DNA of 64,000 nucleotides from Neocallimastix sp. 'constans' (Eukaryota): NCBI GenBank assembly GCA_050613775.1, contig JBODTK010000014.1, positions 1 to 64,000 of the forward strand, read 5' to 3'. Shown piece by piece: positions 13,978 to 25,490 of this stretch (position 1 is its first letter; each line of letters starts with the position of its first letter). The notes under the pieces were generated by a model. It saw only the letters and a program-made list of their open reading frames with translations, ran no database searches and was not told where the DNA came from. The position numbers and the translations under genes were made by a program.

Positions 13978-15224
13978 TTAATTGATTTTCATGGTAAAGA
14001 ATGAATTAATAACCTTTATTTTATTATTAATAATTCTTTACTAAATTGTACTTTCCTATATTCTTGATAACCTAAACTTAATAATAAAATTTAATTTATT
14101 TTGATATAAATTAATTTTAACTTGTAAATAATGTAAATAAATTTTAATTAATTATTTTATTGTTATATTATTAAATATATGTATATATTAAAATACAATT
14201 GTAAATATTAAAATTATACTTTTAAGATACTAAATTATTAAAACTATTAATTAAATATTATTATAAAAATTATTATAAAATTATTAAAATTATTAATTAA
14301 ATATTATTCTAAAAATTATTATAAATTATTAATATTATAAAATTATTAAAATTATTAAATATTATTATAAAAATTTATTTATTATAACTATTAAATATTA
14401 TTATAAAATTATTAAGATTATTAATTAAATTTATTATTAAAAATTATTATTAAAAATTTTTACTTATTATAAAAATTATTATTTAAATATTATCAAATTT
14501 ATTAATTAAATATTATAAAAATTTTATTTTATTTTGAAAATAATTACAAGTATTATTTAAAATAATTAAAGATTATTAAATTTATTATATTAATCTTTAA
14601 AAACAATTTATTTAACTTAAAAATATCAAAGAAAATAGTAAAAACTATTTTCTATATATTTATTTTATAATTATTTTTAATTAAATTATATTTGAATATT
14701 ATATTATTATATTTATAAAAATTAAAACAAAAATGAATTATTGATATAAAATTAATTCAATAATTCTATAAAATTACTTAAATTATAAACAATTAATTAT
14801 ACTTTAAATTTATAAAAAAATATAAATATTGTAACAATTTCTTAAAAAAAATTAAATATGTGTACTTTAAATAAAAAACTTTTATATTAATAAAAAAAAA
14901 TAAATAATTTTTAATCAAGAATTATTTTTTTTTTAAAATCAAAGCAGGGTAATACCCGTCCCCCCCTGCTTGATTTTAAATATCTAAGTGTCAACCCCGA
15001 GTCTACCATTCAAATTTTATATAAAATTTATTAAGTAGTTAATAAGATCTTTTTATCAAGTCACGAATACTAGTGAATTTAGGATTAAAATTCACTATTA
15101 GATTAATTGAAATTTAATTTCGTAATTGACAAAAATTATTTTAATTCGATTTTAATTATAAAAATAAATATTAGAAACATTAAATAATTAGAAACAAAAG
15201 GTTTTGGACTTATTTATTAAAGAT

Positions 15225-15590
15225 GGGATCGTGCGTTTCGCAATGTGGCGTATAATATTTTAAATAAAGCCATACATTTTTAAGATATTCTATACAAACA
15301 TAAATAAATATATAAATAATTATTATTTTAAAAGAAATAATAATATGTTTTTTCAATTAAATATATTATTATATAATTATTTCAAAAGAAATAATAATAT
15401 ATTCTATTAAAAAAGAATTATAAAAAATTATTTTTATAATTGAATATTAATAAATTATATATATAAAAAAAAAATATTTATTATTTATTTAATTATTATT
15501 TATTTAATTATTATTTATTAATTATCAAAAAAACAAGCTACATATAAAAATACGCCATATTACGAAATACACTATTGCTAAACGCACTAG
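15225..15590. mobile_element. Degenerate MITE-like element with Mutator-type subterminal inverted repeats
   Basis: gtgcgtttcgcaatgtggcgtat (15231) is inverted relative to atacgccatattacgaaatacac (15550) and ctattgctaaacgcac. Related motifs occur at 15749, 16715 and 2401. No TSD found. Confidence 0.5.
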
Positions 15591-15696
15591 ATTTAGATAA
15601 TTTAATTTAACTCTTAAGAATTTGACAAAAATGTAAAAGATTGATTTCAATAGGTTAATAAAATGCACCACATTCTACTTTGACATAATTTATATA

Positions 15697-16666
15697 GGGG
15701 GTGTGTCATTTGGAAAATTTTTATTACATAAATTTGTATTTTGTTGTAGTGCATTTCGGAAAACATGGCGTATTATAATGTAATAAATAAATAAATGAAT
15801 AAATAAATTATAAATGAATAAATAAATTTTTAAATTATAATAAAAATAATTAAGACAATCGTTTATTATGACTAAAAAAATTTTTTTTAGAAAATTAAAT
15901 AAAAAAATATATATATATATAAAATTACTACATATATAAAATAATTATTATATTTTTTTTATTTTATTTTAAATATTATTAATTATTATTAATACCTAGT
16001 TTATATTATCAACAGAATTACATACGTAATTACATAATTGAATAATTAAAAAAAAATAAATATATAAATAGGTTTATAATTAGTATTTTTTATAATATTA
16101 TATTAAAGTATTAATTTTATAAATTAAAATGTTTAAAAAATTATTAACTGCTTTATTAATTGCTACTGCATGCATTACTTATGTTTGTGGTATAAAATTG
16201 GTTGGACCAGCTATATATTCAGATATATCTCATCTATATTTCCTTAATTCTAGAGATTGCAAAAATACATATATATGTAAAGGTTATGGTATTATAAAAA
16301 ATAGTAATCGTGGATTTTATGACTGTTTCCTCCGTAATTCAGTAGTTAATTATAGAGAAATCCCTGTTGGAGCATATCTTAGAGATACACAATATATAAA
16401 TCCAGATAAATGTAAATGGATTACTAGACATATAAGTACCAAAAATGGATGTTATTACACACCAAATAACACAAGAGGTGGATTTTCATGGAGAGGTTAT
16501 GTTAATCGTGATGTTCGTGTTTATGATATAGTTGGTAAATACTGTCTTACTGAATTATTATTCATTAAAATTTTAATAAAATTAAGTGGCTTAAAATTAA
16601 AAATATTTAAGCCATACAACAAAATACAAATTTTTGTAATAAAAATTTTCTAAATGCACCACTCCC
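15697..16666. mobile_element. Non-autonomous Mutator-like (Pack-MULE-type) element, 970 bp
   Basis: 52-bp terminal inverted repeats at 15697-15748 and 16615-16666 (46/52 match, both beginning GGG). Perfect 9-bp flanking direct repeat ATTTATATA at 15688-15696 and 16667-16675. Confidence 0.82.
16129..16653 (+). CDS. Small secreted cysteine-rich protein of unknown family (cargo of the TIR element; C-terminus reads into the right TIR)
   Basis: N-terminus MFKKLLTALLIATACITYVCG looks like a signal peptide. Six further Cys in the mature region, coding-like composition and no introns evident. Confidence 0.7.
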   Translation: MFKKLLTALLIATACITYVCGIKLVGPAIYSDISHLYFLNSRDCKNTYICKGYGIIKNSNRGFYDCFLRNSVVNYREIPVGAYLRDTQYINPDKCKWITRHISTKNGCYYTPNNTRGGFSWRGYVNRDVRVYDIVGKYCLTELLFIKILIKLSGLKLKIFKPYNKIQIFVIKIF

Positions 16667-16965
16667 ATTTATATATAATCAGCATAAATGTATGTACAAT
16701 GTGTAAATATATGTAATACGCCATAATTATCAACGAATATTTTTATTTATTATATTTTAGCATTAAAAAAATAAAAACTAAAAAAATAATAAATAAAAGA
16801 ATAAATAAGTTTTCTGTTAAGAATTTTATTTTATATTTATTTATTTTCATTTTATTTTATTATTATATTTTATTATTAAATAATTTATTAACAAAATCGA
16901 TTCATATTATAAAATGATTTTTAAAATTTTATTTTAAATTTAAAATAAATTAAAAAAAAATTAAG

Positions 16966-19900
16966 ATGAGAGTAATATCAATATTAACATTTTTCTTATT
17001 TATTATTAAAATTTATTGTAGTGGTCACAATCATCAAGCTATACAAGTTGGTTTATCCATTTTATCTTGTACTGATATAAATGATGAATGTTTAGCGCAA
17101 AGAAATCTACTTAAAATAGATATCGGTAACATAGAGTATTTTGATCCAAATAATAATCGTATCACAGAAAATGTAAAAGCAACGATATTCGATATAATTC
17201 CTGCATTGAGAACATTACCTAAAGATACAGCAATCAAATATTTTAAAAATATTTTATTTCCTGCAGCATTAGATTTATATAATTTTAAATTTAGTAATGA
17301 AAATGTAGATGATTATAAAATTAATAAAGATTTGTTAACATACTTAATAGAAGATTTTACATTATTTAATAAAAATATTGATATATTTTTAAATCCAATT
17401 AAAGATACAGGAAATTATGCTGAAGTTAATAAATTATTATTAGGTGTCATTGAAAGTATTTCTTCTAATAATGATAAATATGGTTATTTTTCCAATGTCG
17501 GATATTATTTTAACACTAATAATGTTAATGCAGAAAGTAATGATAATGATGCTAGGTTTTCATATTTAAATAATTATGAGTATGGATTATATAATGTTAA
17601 TCGAGAACTTATAATAGCAATAGTAGATGCATGTAAAGACGATGTTGCTAACTGTAAAGATAGATATTTTAAAGATTATAAATTATATTTAGATGACTAT
17701 GAGTTAAGTAATTCGGCTACTGATAGAGAAAAACTTTAGATAATAAAAGGAAAATTAACTCTGGAGCTAAAGATGCCCTTAAAGATGGTGTAAATTTTAT
17801 GATAGTTACAACAGGAATCTTAAACGAAAAACGATACCATTTTATTGTAAAAGATATTAAAAATGGAAGATTAGCACGCCCCTTTTCATTAAAAAAGATT
17901 ATAATGAAGATACATTAAAAACGATATATGTTAAAGATACTACTATTCCTCCAACGGAATTATATTTCTATAAATTGTTGAATCTTCCAAATTTATCTAT
18001 TAATGATGATTTATATAAAAATATTAATAGTTTTATTAAGGATGCCTTTTCAAATTCAAAATATAATTTGAAAGATAGTTTTGATAAAATTAAAAATGGA
18101 AAAAACAATATAAATATGGATAATAAGAATTATGAGAAACGTGGAAGTGGAAAAAATGAACAAAATGAAGTTGATGAACGATTTAATAAATTAGAAAATA
18201 TAAAGAAAGCTAATAATAAAGTTAAATTATTTGAATCTGATTTAGCTCAAAATCTTATGAATGAAATAGCAAAAGTAGATTCTTCGGTTACCTATCAACA
18301 ATGTCAAAGATTTGCTAATTATTTATATGAAGACATTCAAAAGAATGAAAGTAATTATGATTCGACTAAAATAGATAATACAGTATTAAATAAAATGAAT
18401 GAATATATTACAAAGCAAAGAAATGAATTTAATGATAGACAAAGGAACGGCTTTTCAAATTTAAGTTCTGATAAAAGTTTAAGTATTGAAAGTATAAGTA
18501 ATTTTTATAATAAAGAAAATCATAACCCTAAGGGAAAAGGAGAAGAAGGATATGTAAAAGATGAAGGGATAGATATCTTATATAAATGTAATATTTTATT
18601 TAAAGATACACAATTAGAAAATGTATTATCAATTCCACAGCTTAATGGTATTAATCAATATCCAGGTTATATTTATGATGATGGCAATATGAATTATTTA
18701 AATGGTAATATAATTATGAGTTCAATGGCTAAAACATTTGAAAATGAAGAATTATATGAATATATCACAAATCCTATAGCAAATAAAGAATTATTAGCAC
18801 AATTAAGGGCATTGGAAAGCTACATCATTAGAAAAAATACGAATCCGGATGAATGGATTGAAATGGAAGTTAATAAAGTTAATATTAAAGATCGTTGAAT
18901 TAATAGTTTTCTTGAAAGTAATTTGAAATGGATTAAGGATAATATTAATAAATTAAATGATAATATAAATGAACTAATAAGAATAAAAGGAAGTAATACT
19001 GGTAGTTTTGAAATTAGAGATCCAAATGACGTTAAAAAATTTGATGATTTATTGGACAACTTTGTATTTAAGGAAAAAGAAATATTGCTTAATATATTGG
19101 AAGACATGAAAAATGATATAAAATCAAAAAGTAATCCCAAAAAAGTAATCCCAGTGTTAATGATAAAAAAATTTATTTGCAATTACAAGATATGATAGGA
19201 AAGCTGAAAAACAATAATGGGATTGAAAATTTTAAAAAGCAAGAAAAAGATATGTTAAAAAGAATATTAAAATCAAAATTTTCTGAAAAAAGAAATGATA
19301 AAGTAACTACCGCTCAACCAAATGGAAAAATGAAAATTGAATATATACCTTATTATAAGGTTGAATCGAGTTATATCGATAAAATTTTAGAAACTTTTTT
19401 GAATTATAAAAGTGGTAAAATACAAAATGTTGAAGATATTTCAATACAAATAGACAGAATAATTAATAATAATAAAAGCTACATAGATAATATTGAAAGA
19501 ATGAAAAGTGATTTTGAAAATCGTTTTCATGGAATTAAATTTAATGATGATTTTCTTACAGGTTATATCAATTATAATAGAGACAATATCGTTTTAAATC
19601 TTGTTGATTTTTCGGATATTATAAATGGATTACTTCTCAAAATAACGATAATGCTAAAACCCTTGTTCAAGATTTATCAATTCCATCAGATTTTGAACAC
19701 TTTTACGCTGTCAGTATTGATGGTGAAGTATTTTCAATTGCTTTAGACGGTAATCATATAAATGAAACTAAAAATATGATGAAAGTTACCGAAGAAAATA
19801 ATGGTAAAACATGTGATATGAGGAAAATTAAAAGAGCCGATGGAAATAAATCCTGTATAAGATGTGCAAATTTTGAAAAAGTTTTCAACATTGGTTCATA

Positions 19901-22392
19901 TACATTAAATTCATTATCATTATTTAAAGAATTAAATTCAAATATTTTACTAGAAAATATAGATAATCTAGAAAATATTAATAATCTAGAAAATCTAAAA
20001 AAATTATATAAAAATTCAGAATCTATTGATGATATATGGAGTAAATTGTCAAATATTTATGAAGCTAATATAGGTAAAATTGATGAAGAAACCAGTGCTA
20101 ATTTTATAAAGAATTTGTATTATGCAATTAAAGAATATAAAGAATTATTATACCATTCAAAATATAATGAAAATAAGTATATTAATAATGTAGATGAAGA
20201 AACGGTTAAGAAAATGGAGGAATGTTTTTATAAAGTTTATAATATTCATAAGGAAAAAAATAACTATGAAAAGATTTTGGAAAATGACGAAGAAATAACC
20301 ATTTCAAATTATAATTATGATATTGAATCCAAATTAGGAAAAAGCGAATTAATCAATATTATAAGAATACTTGTGAATATTGTTAATGGAAAAGATATAG
20401 ATAGCAATTCTTTAGGAGTTATGCATATTAATGACAAAATTTTATCTATCATAGATTATAAAACAATAATGTCAGGGTCAAAAGACATAGTTGATGCCAT
20501 TGAACAATTAGTAGAAAAATTTAATGATGAAAAAATTGAGATATCTGAAGATGAAAAAAAAGTGCTAAGTGAAATATATATTAAACTATCTTTATACACT
20601 ATTTATAATAAGGATGAAAATATTATGAATATAGATCTTATTAAATATTTAAGTAATTCGATTGGTCAAAAATTAGATGAGATAGAAAATAAAAATGAAG
20701 TTAAAAGTAGTTTAAGAAGTGATAATGTGGTATTGAGAGTTCCTGAAATAGAACGCTTTGAAAGTTTAGAGGATAGAAATATATTAAATATAATTAAAGA
20801 TGAAAATATTTCAATGGAAAACAAACTATATGTTATTAAAGGTTTAACATCCGATATTAATGATTTAGATGAAAAAAGACTAACAGAAGAACATGTTGAT
20901 AGTATAAATAAAATATATGAATATATTTATTCCAATGCAAATCGAATAAAGAACTATGAATCGTTTGAAGGTCATGAGCAAGAAGTTAGAGAATTTATTA
21001 CTCTGAATGAATATTATAATGATTTAGTTTCATTTATTAATGAAAAATATGGCGAGGAATATTATGGAACGATAAATAAGATAAATATTGAAAAAGAATT
21101 AAATGATCAAATTACAGAAAAAAATAGTTTATTGAATAAAATTTCAGTGATTCAAAATTATCATGCTATTTTAAACGACTTGAACTATAAATTACAAAAT
21201 GACGATATCGATAGTTTAAGTTATAATGAATTTAGTACCGAATTAATGAACTTAGAGAAAAGCATTTACGAAGGAATTCAAGAATTCTTAAAAATTAAAA
21301 ATCCAAATCATCATTATAGTGAAGCAGTCAAATTAGTTGAATTATTAAATAGTCATAATAAATTAGTTGCAGAATATATGAATATTATAAATAATGATAA
21401 TATATCAAAATTGTATGGAAAAAATGATCCTTTCTACATTTATAATTATAATGAATTAACTAATAAATTAAAATACTTAATAGCAGAAAAATATATTGAA
21501 GCATTATCAAAAACATAGACTTGCACATATGGGTACCCATCTCCCATATGGCCATACAGTTATTAATTAACTGTAAGGTGATGAGTTATTGGCATACTGT
21601 ATCAGCTTCGCCGCTCTCAATCGTCGTTACACACTGCCCGGAGATGCATTCCTAACGTTCCTACATATATCTCTAATGACCACGAGCATCAGAACGGAAC
21701 CATTAACTCCTCCCTAGTGGGTGTAATCATTGGCGATTGGAAATTTTACAATCATCAAGGTCTATGCTTCAATTCAAAGCGTAGTATCAGGGTTGGGTGA
21801 AATAATCATCTGAGGGAAAGCCTTATGGACATCACGTGTGGTCTCATGATATCCCAGGATAGAAACCTCATCCGATTATTTGGTGCCATGCCGAGGATTC
21901 GAACCCCGCCCTCTACAGTGACCTGTATCGTCCTAACCGACTGGACCAACATGGCAAGCATTATCAAATATACTTGAAAATAATAAAGAAAAATTCAATA
22001 TTGATGAGAGTATTGACGTTGAATCATTTATATCTAATATAATTAATAATTCAGATAAAAAGTTAAAATTTAGTGAAGGATATGAATTACCTGAAATTAA
22101 TATAGAAATCTTAAATAAAATATTCAATAAAAATTTTAATTCAGAAATCGAAGCAATTGATTATATTAATATTAACACATCAGATAAGAGTCAACTTACT
22201 AATTCAAAGGAAAGTTATGAACTAAAAAGAAAATTAATTGAGCATGAAGCTCCAACAAGTAAAAATATGGATGAAGTAAAAACAATCAAAGAAATATCTG
22301 AAAAATTAGGTTTAAATAATGAAAATAATTCGTTAATGACATTTCAAAGTATAATTTATGAAAAGTTCATAGAGTTTTTGGAAGTAAAATAA
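16966..22392 (+). pseudogene. Large (~1650 codons reconstructed) intronless secreted protein of unknown family, disrupted
   Basis: Signal peptide MRVISILTFFLFIIKIYC. Consecutive ORF pieces are joined by homopolymer frameshifts (~17730, ~17880, ~19625), an in-frame TGA (18896-18898), a 14-bp duplication (19126-19152) and a SINE insertion. Removing the SINE plus one TSD restores the frame (EALSNILENNKEKF...) to TAA at 22390-22392. Confidence 0.8.
21512..21955 (-). mobile_element. tRNA-derived SINE, 444 bp, 13-bp TSD
   Basis: TSD aagcattatcaaa at 21499-21511 and 21956-21968. The 5' head (21881-21955, minus) is tRNA-like with A box TGGTCCAGTCGG, B box GGTTCGAATCC and terminal ACCA. The body is much more GC-rich than the host and has 3' stem-loops. 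Confidence 0.88.
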
Positions 22393-22528
22393 ATAAAATT
22401 TTATATTTTATTATTAAATTAAATAATAAAATAAAATTTATTATAATATTAAATTTTTATTATTAATAAAATTTAAATATTGATATTGATATTAATAAAA
22501 TTTAAACTATATATATTCTAGTTAATTA

Positions 22529-22790
22529 TTATTTATATATTTGGAGCTTGTTTAATTCTAATAAATATTTATACCATAAATCAATGATATCATTTTTATC
22601 ACATTTTTTATCAATTAATTCGGATTCCTTTTTTTTGTATTTTTTAATTAAATCATTGATTTCATCATTTTTTGTTAATATTCTTTTTTTTTTTTTTTTT
22701 TTCCAAACTCCTTCAATTTTCTTTTTATAATTATTGTAAGATAATGATTCTTCTCTTTTTAAATGATAAATAAACAATGCCCTTGCTAAA
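22529..22790 (-). pseudogene. Probable C-terminal remnant of a DNA transposase (MULE-type suspected)
   Basis: LFIYHLKREESLSYNNYKKKIEGVW...DEINDLIKKYK...DIIDLWYKYLLELN resembles, from recall only, C-termini of gut-fungal MULE transposases. No catalytic motif is present. Confidence 0.4.
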
Positions 22791-22879
22791 AATAAACTAT
22801 ATAAATATTTTTTTTATAAAAGAAAATACATGGTTTAATTATAATTAATAATAATTTGAAAATTTTATTTTCTTTTATA

Positions 22880-25490
22880 TCTATAATTTCTAATGATCCG
22901 TTTTGTCTCAACGTGATTGTTGCTATAACAAATAATTACCCTTAATGCAATCTCAGGTTTGAGCATCATGAATTTATTAGTATTTATTTTATTTTTATCA
23001 TTATATTGAATACGAATATATGGAATTTTAATTATCTTTTTAATTTTTTTTTATTTCCCTATCGCTACCTACATCTACAGTTTTACTATGTTTATTTATC
23101 AGAAAAATATTAATATCAATTTTTCTTTTTTTATATTAATATTATTATTAATTAAATACTCTTTTTTTTTTGTAAATTATTCATTTTTATTATCATTTGA
23201 AGTAATTTGAATAGAATTTATTTTTGAACTTTTGTTATCATAAACATTTGATTCCTTAATTAAACTAGAAGTTATAGAATTATTAGTTTTATTGTTCATG
23301 CCATCAACTTTAATAGATTTATTGATATTTATTTCTTCTTTTAGTAATACATATTTTTCATCTCTACTTCGTTTAGTAGCAGTAAAATAATTTTTTTTTT
23401 TGGAGAATTGATGTAGTTAGAAAAATTAAGATCGTGTTTTATTATGGCCAAGTCAGCACAACCCTTAGTAAAATGGTCAGGTTTATCATAAAAGAAACAA
23501 GTTTTAATTTGTAAATGTCTCATTTTATTTACTTTATTGTAATTGTTTGGAATATTATAGTTAACTTTATGAAGATTATTAGAAGGCATATTTATAGAAG
23601 TATACCTCAAGTTCCTAAAATTTATACCATTTCTATTCCATGAATTATTAGAATTATTAATAGAAGTAACAATTGGTTGCTTAATAGATGAATAATTATT
23701 ATAATTATTTAAACTTCTTTCATTTCTCCAGTGAGATTAATATATTTTCGTATTTTTCTGCCTTGTTACAAGCATCTTCTAAGGAATCATATTCCTCCAT
23801 AGTAATCCTTATATAAATTTGCATTCTTGGTAGAAGAGCATTCACATAATCTATACCTGAAATAGAAGCCTTATCTTTCGTTTCCAATTGGTCATATAAA
23901 TCTAATTATTCCGTATTAAAATTATGCATTGTCTCTTTTGGTTCAATAATTAAACGTTTTAATGGTCTTAATTTGTGGTCCTTTTTGGTTTTCTCCCCAA
24001 TATTTCCTTTATATGAGATCAGTACGTTCATCTAATGTAAGAGCTCTATTTACCTATGTTTCTTTTTTTTTTTTTTCATAAGTACCTTTACAATGCCATC
24101 TTCAGTAGCCGCAATTATGTAACTAAATTTTTTTCTAACGGTAGTAAAACCTTCCCTCGACAATTTAGACATTAAATCTTGGGCTATTAAGTTAAAACTT
24201 TGGATCACAGATTCTGAAACAATATTCAATGCTTACTTACTAATAAGCTCTGGTAGAGTGCAATGTGTAATTGAAAATTTAGGAGAAGAAGATATAGATG
24301 AAAACGATGATTCATCAGATGAAGAAGAAGAAGAAAAAGAAGAAGATGATGATGATGATGATAAATTTCCTTCCCTTGAAAAGATTATTTCCAAACTTGA
24401 AAATTTTTATAGTATTAAAGAAGATCAAAAATCTACTTCTCAAAGAACTTCTGGGCAATGAGGATTTAAAAAATGAAAAGATCAATGAAAAGACTTTAAT
24501 GTTAGACATAGATCATAGCTACATAAGTAAACCTAATGAAGTAGCTAAAGAAGAAGACTTAGCCATGGTTGATGCGAGTGTTGATGAAGTACCAGGAAAA
24601 CTTTTAGTTGAATCTTGCAGTGATCTTAGCATCGTTACTAAGCAGTTTTTTTTTTTTTTTCAAAAAATTATCAGATGAATATAAAACAAATGAAAAAAGT
24701 CTAGGGGAAGAATTCAATTAGCAACCCAAGATGAAGAATATTCATAAGGAATTATTGTTTCGTTTTATCAATAAAAAATTAATAATTATGAATTTAATGC
24801 AGACTTTAGTATATTGTGGAAAAAGAAGATCCTTTTTTACAATATGTTTACTAAATTTTAAAGCATAAATCGATCATTGCATATTTATTCATCCAACCTT
24901 AAACAGTCTATGTAAACTCTTGACAGAAAGTGAATTCAAAGAAAAAGCTAAAATAAATAATCAATATTATGATGAAGAGAAAGTACAATCTGTATTATTA
25001 GAAGAGTTGAAGAAACGAATAACGAAAAGGAAATTATAAAAGAATTAACACCAATGGTATATAGGTTGAAAGTGATGAATTTTTTAAATATCTTAAATGA
25101 AGATTAAAAAGAACAAATTATCAAAATATTGAAAGAAACGATTGATTTTGTTGCTACATCAACAGAAGAATTAACTCCTTCTAAGCTCCCACCATATAGG
25201 ATCTGTATAAAAGCTAATGCAAAGTCAGTAAAGTTAAGAAGTCATAGGATAACAAAGTTAAAACCAGATAATCTTATAAAAAGAACTTACCAAACGTATT
25301 AAGAAAGGATTGATAGAACCCTTTTTGCTCAGAGAGGTCATCTCCCAGTAGTTCTCATTCTCTAACACAATGGAAAATGGCGTTTGTACATTGACTACCG
25401 AAAGGTCAACGATATGACAGAGAACGATTCTTATTCAGTTCTCTATATAGATGAATTTTTTGATAGTCTTGGAGGAACTAAAATATTTAT
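22880..25490. mobile_element. Decayed, rearranged Ty3/gypsy retrotransposon: gag fragments on minus (~22880-24200), protease and RT fragments on plus (~24460-25490)
   Basis: Minus strand: gag-like LKRLIIEPKETMHNFN and degenerate knuckle CFFYDKPDHFTKGC. Plus strand: protease-like GKLLVESCSDLSIVT and RT motif NGKWRLYIDYRKVNDMTENDSYSVLYIDEFFDSLGGTKIF. Confidence 0.75.

Noticed and set aside
13905..15700. tRNA-targeted integration explaining the transposon island
   Set aside because: The nearest element is more than 1 kb from the tRNA-Met gene, and the LTR elements are 9 kb or more away.
21512..21880. Hammerhead ribozyme/retrozyme or telomerase RNA in the insert
   Set aside because: No CUGANGA...GAAA core found on either strand, and ccaaccctga is not a full 1.5-repeat TTAGGG template.
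21881..21955. Functional tRNA-Asp gene
   Set aside because: Malformed anticodon arm, imperfect T-stem, encoded CCA, no downstream terminator, and it sits flush against a TSD. It is a SINE head.
22440..22522. Helitron 3' end (AT hairpin then CTAG) after the large pseudogene
   Set aside because: The hairpin is pure A/T and imperfect, which is common in this genome. No 5' TC end or RepHel evidence.
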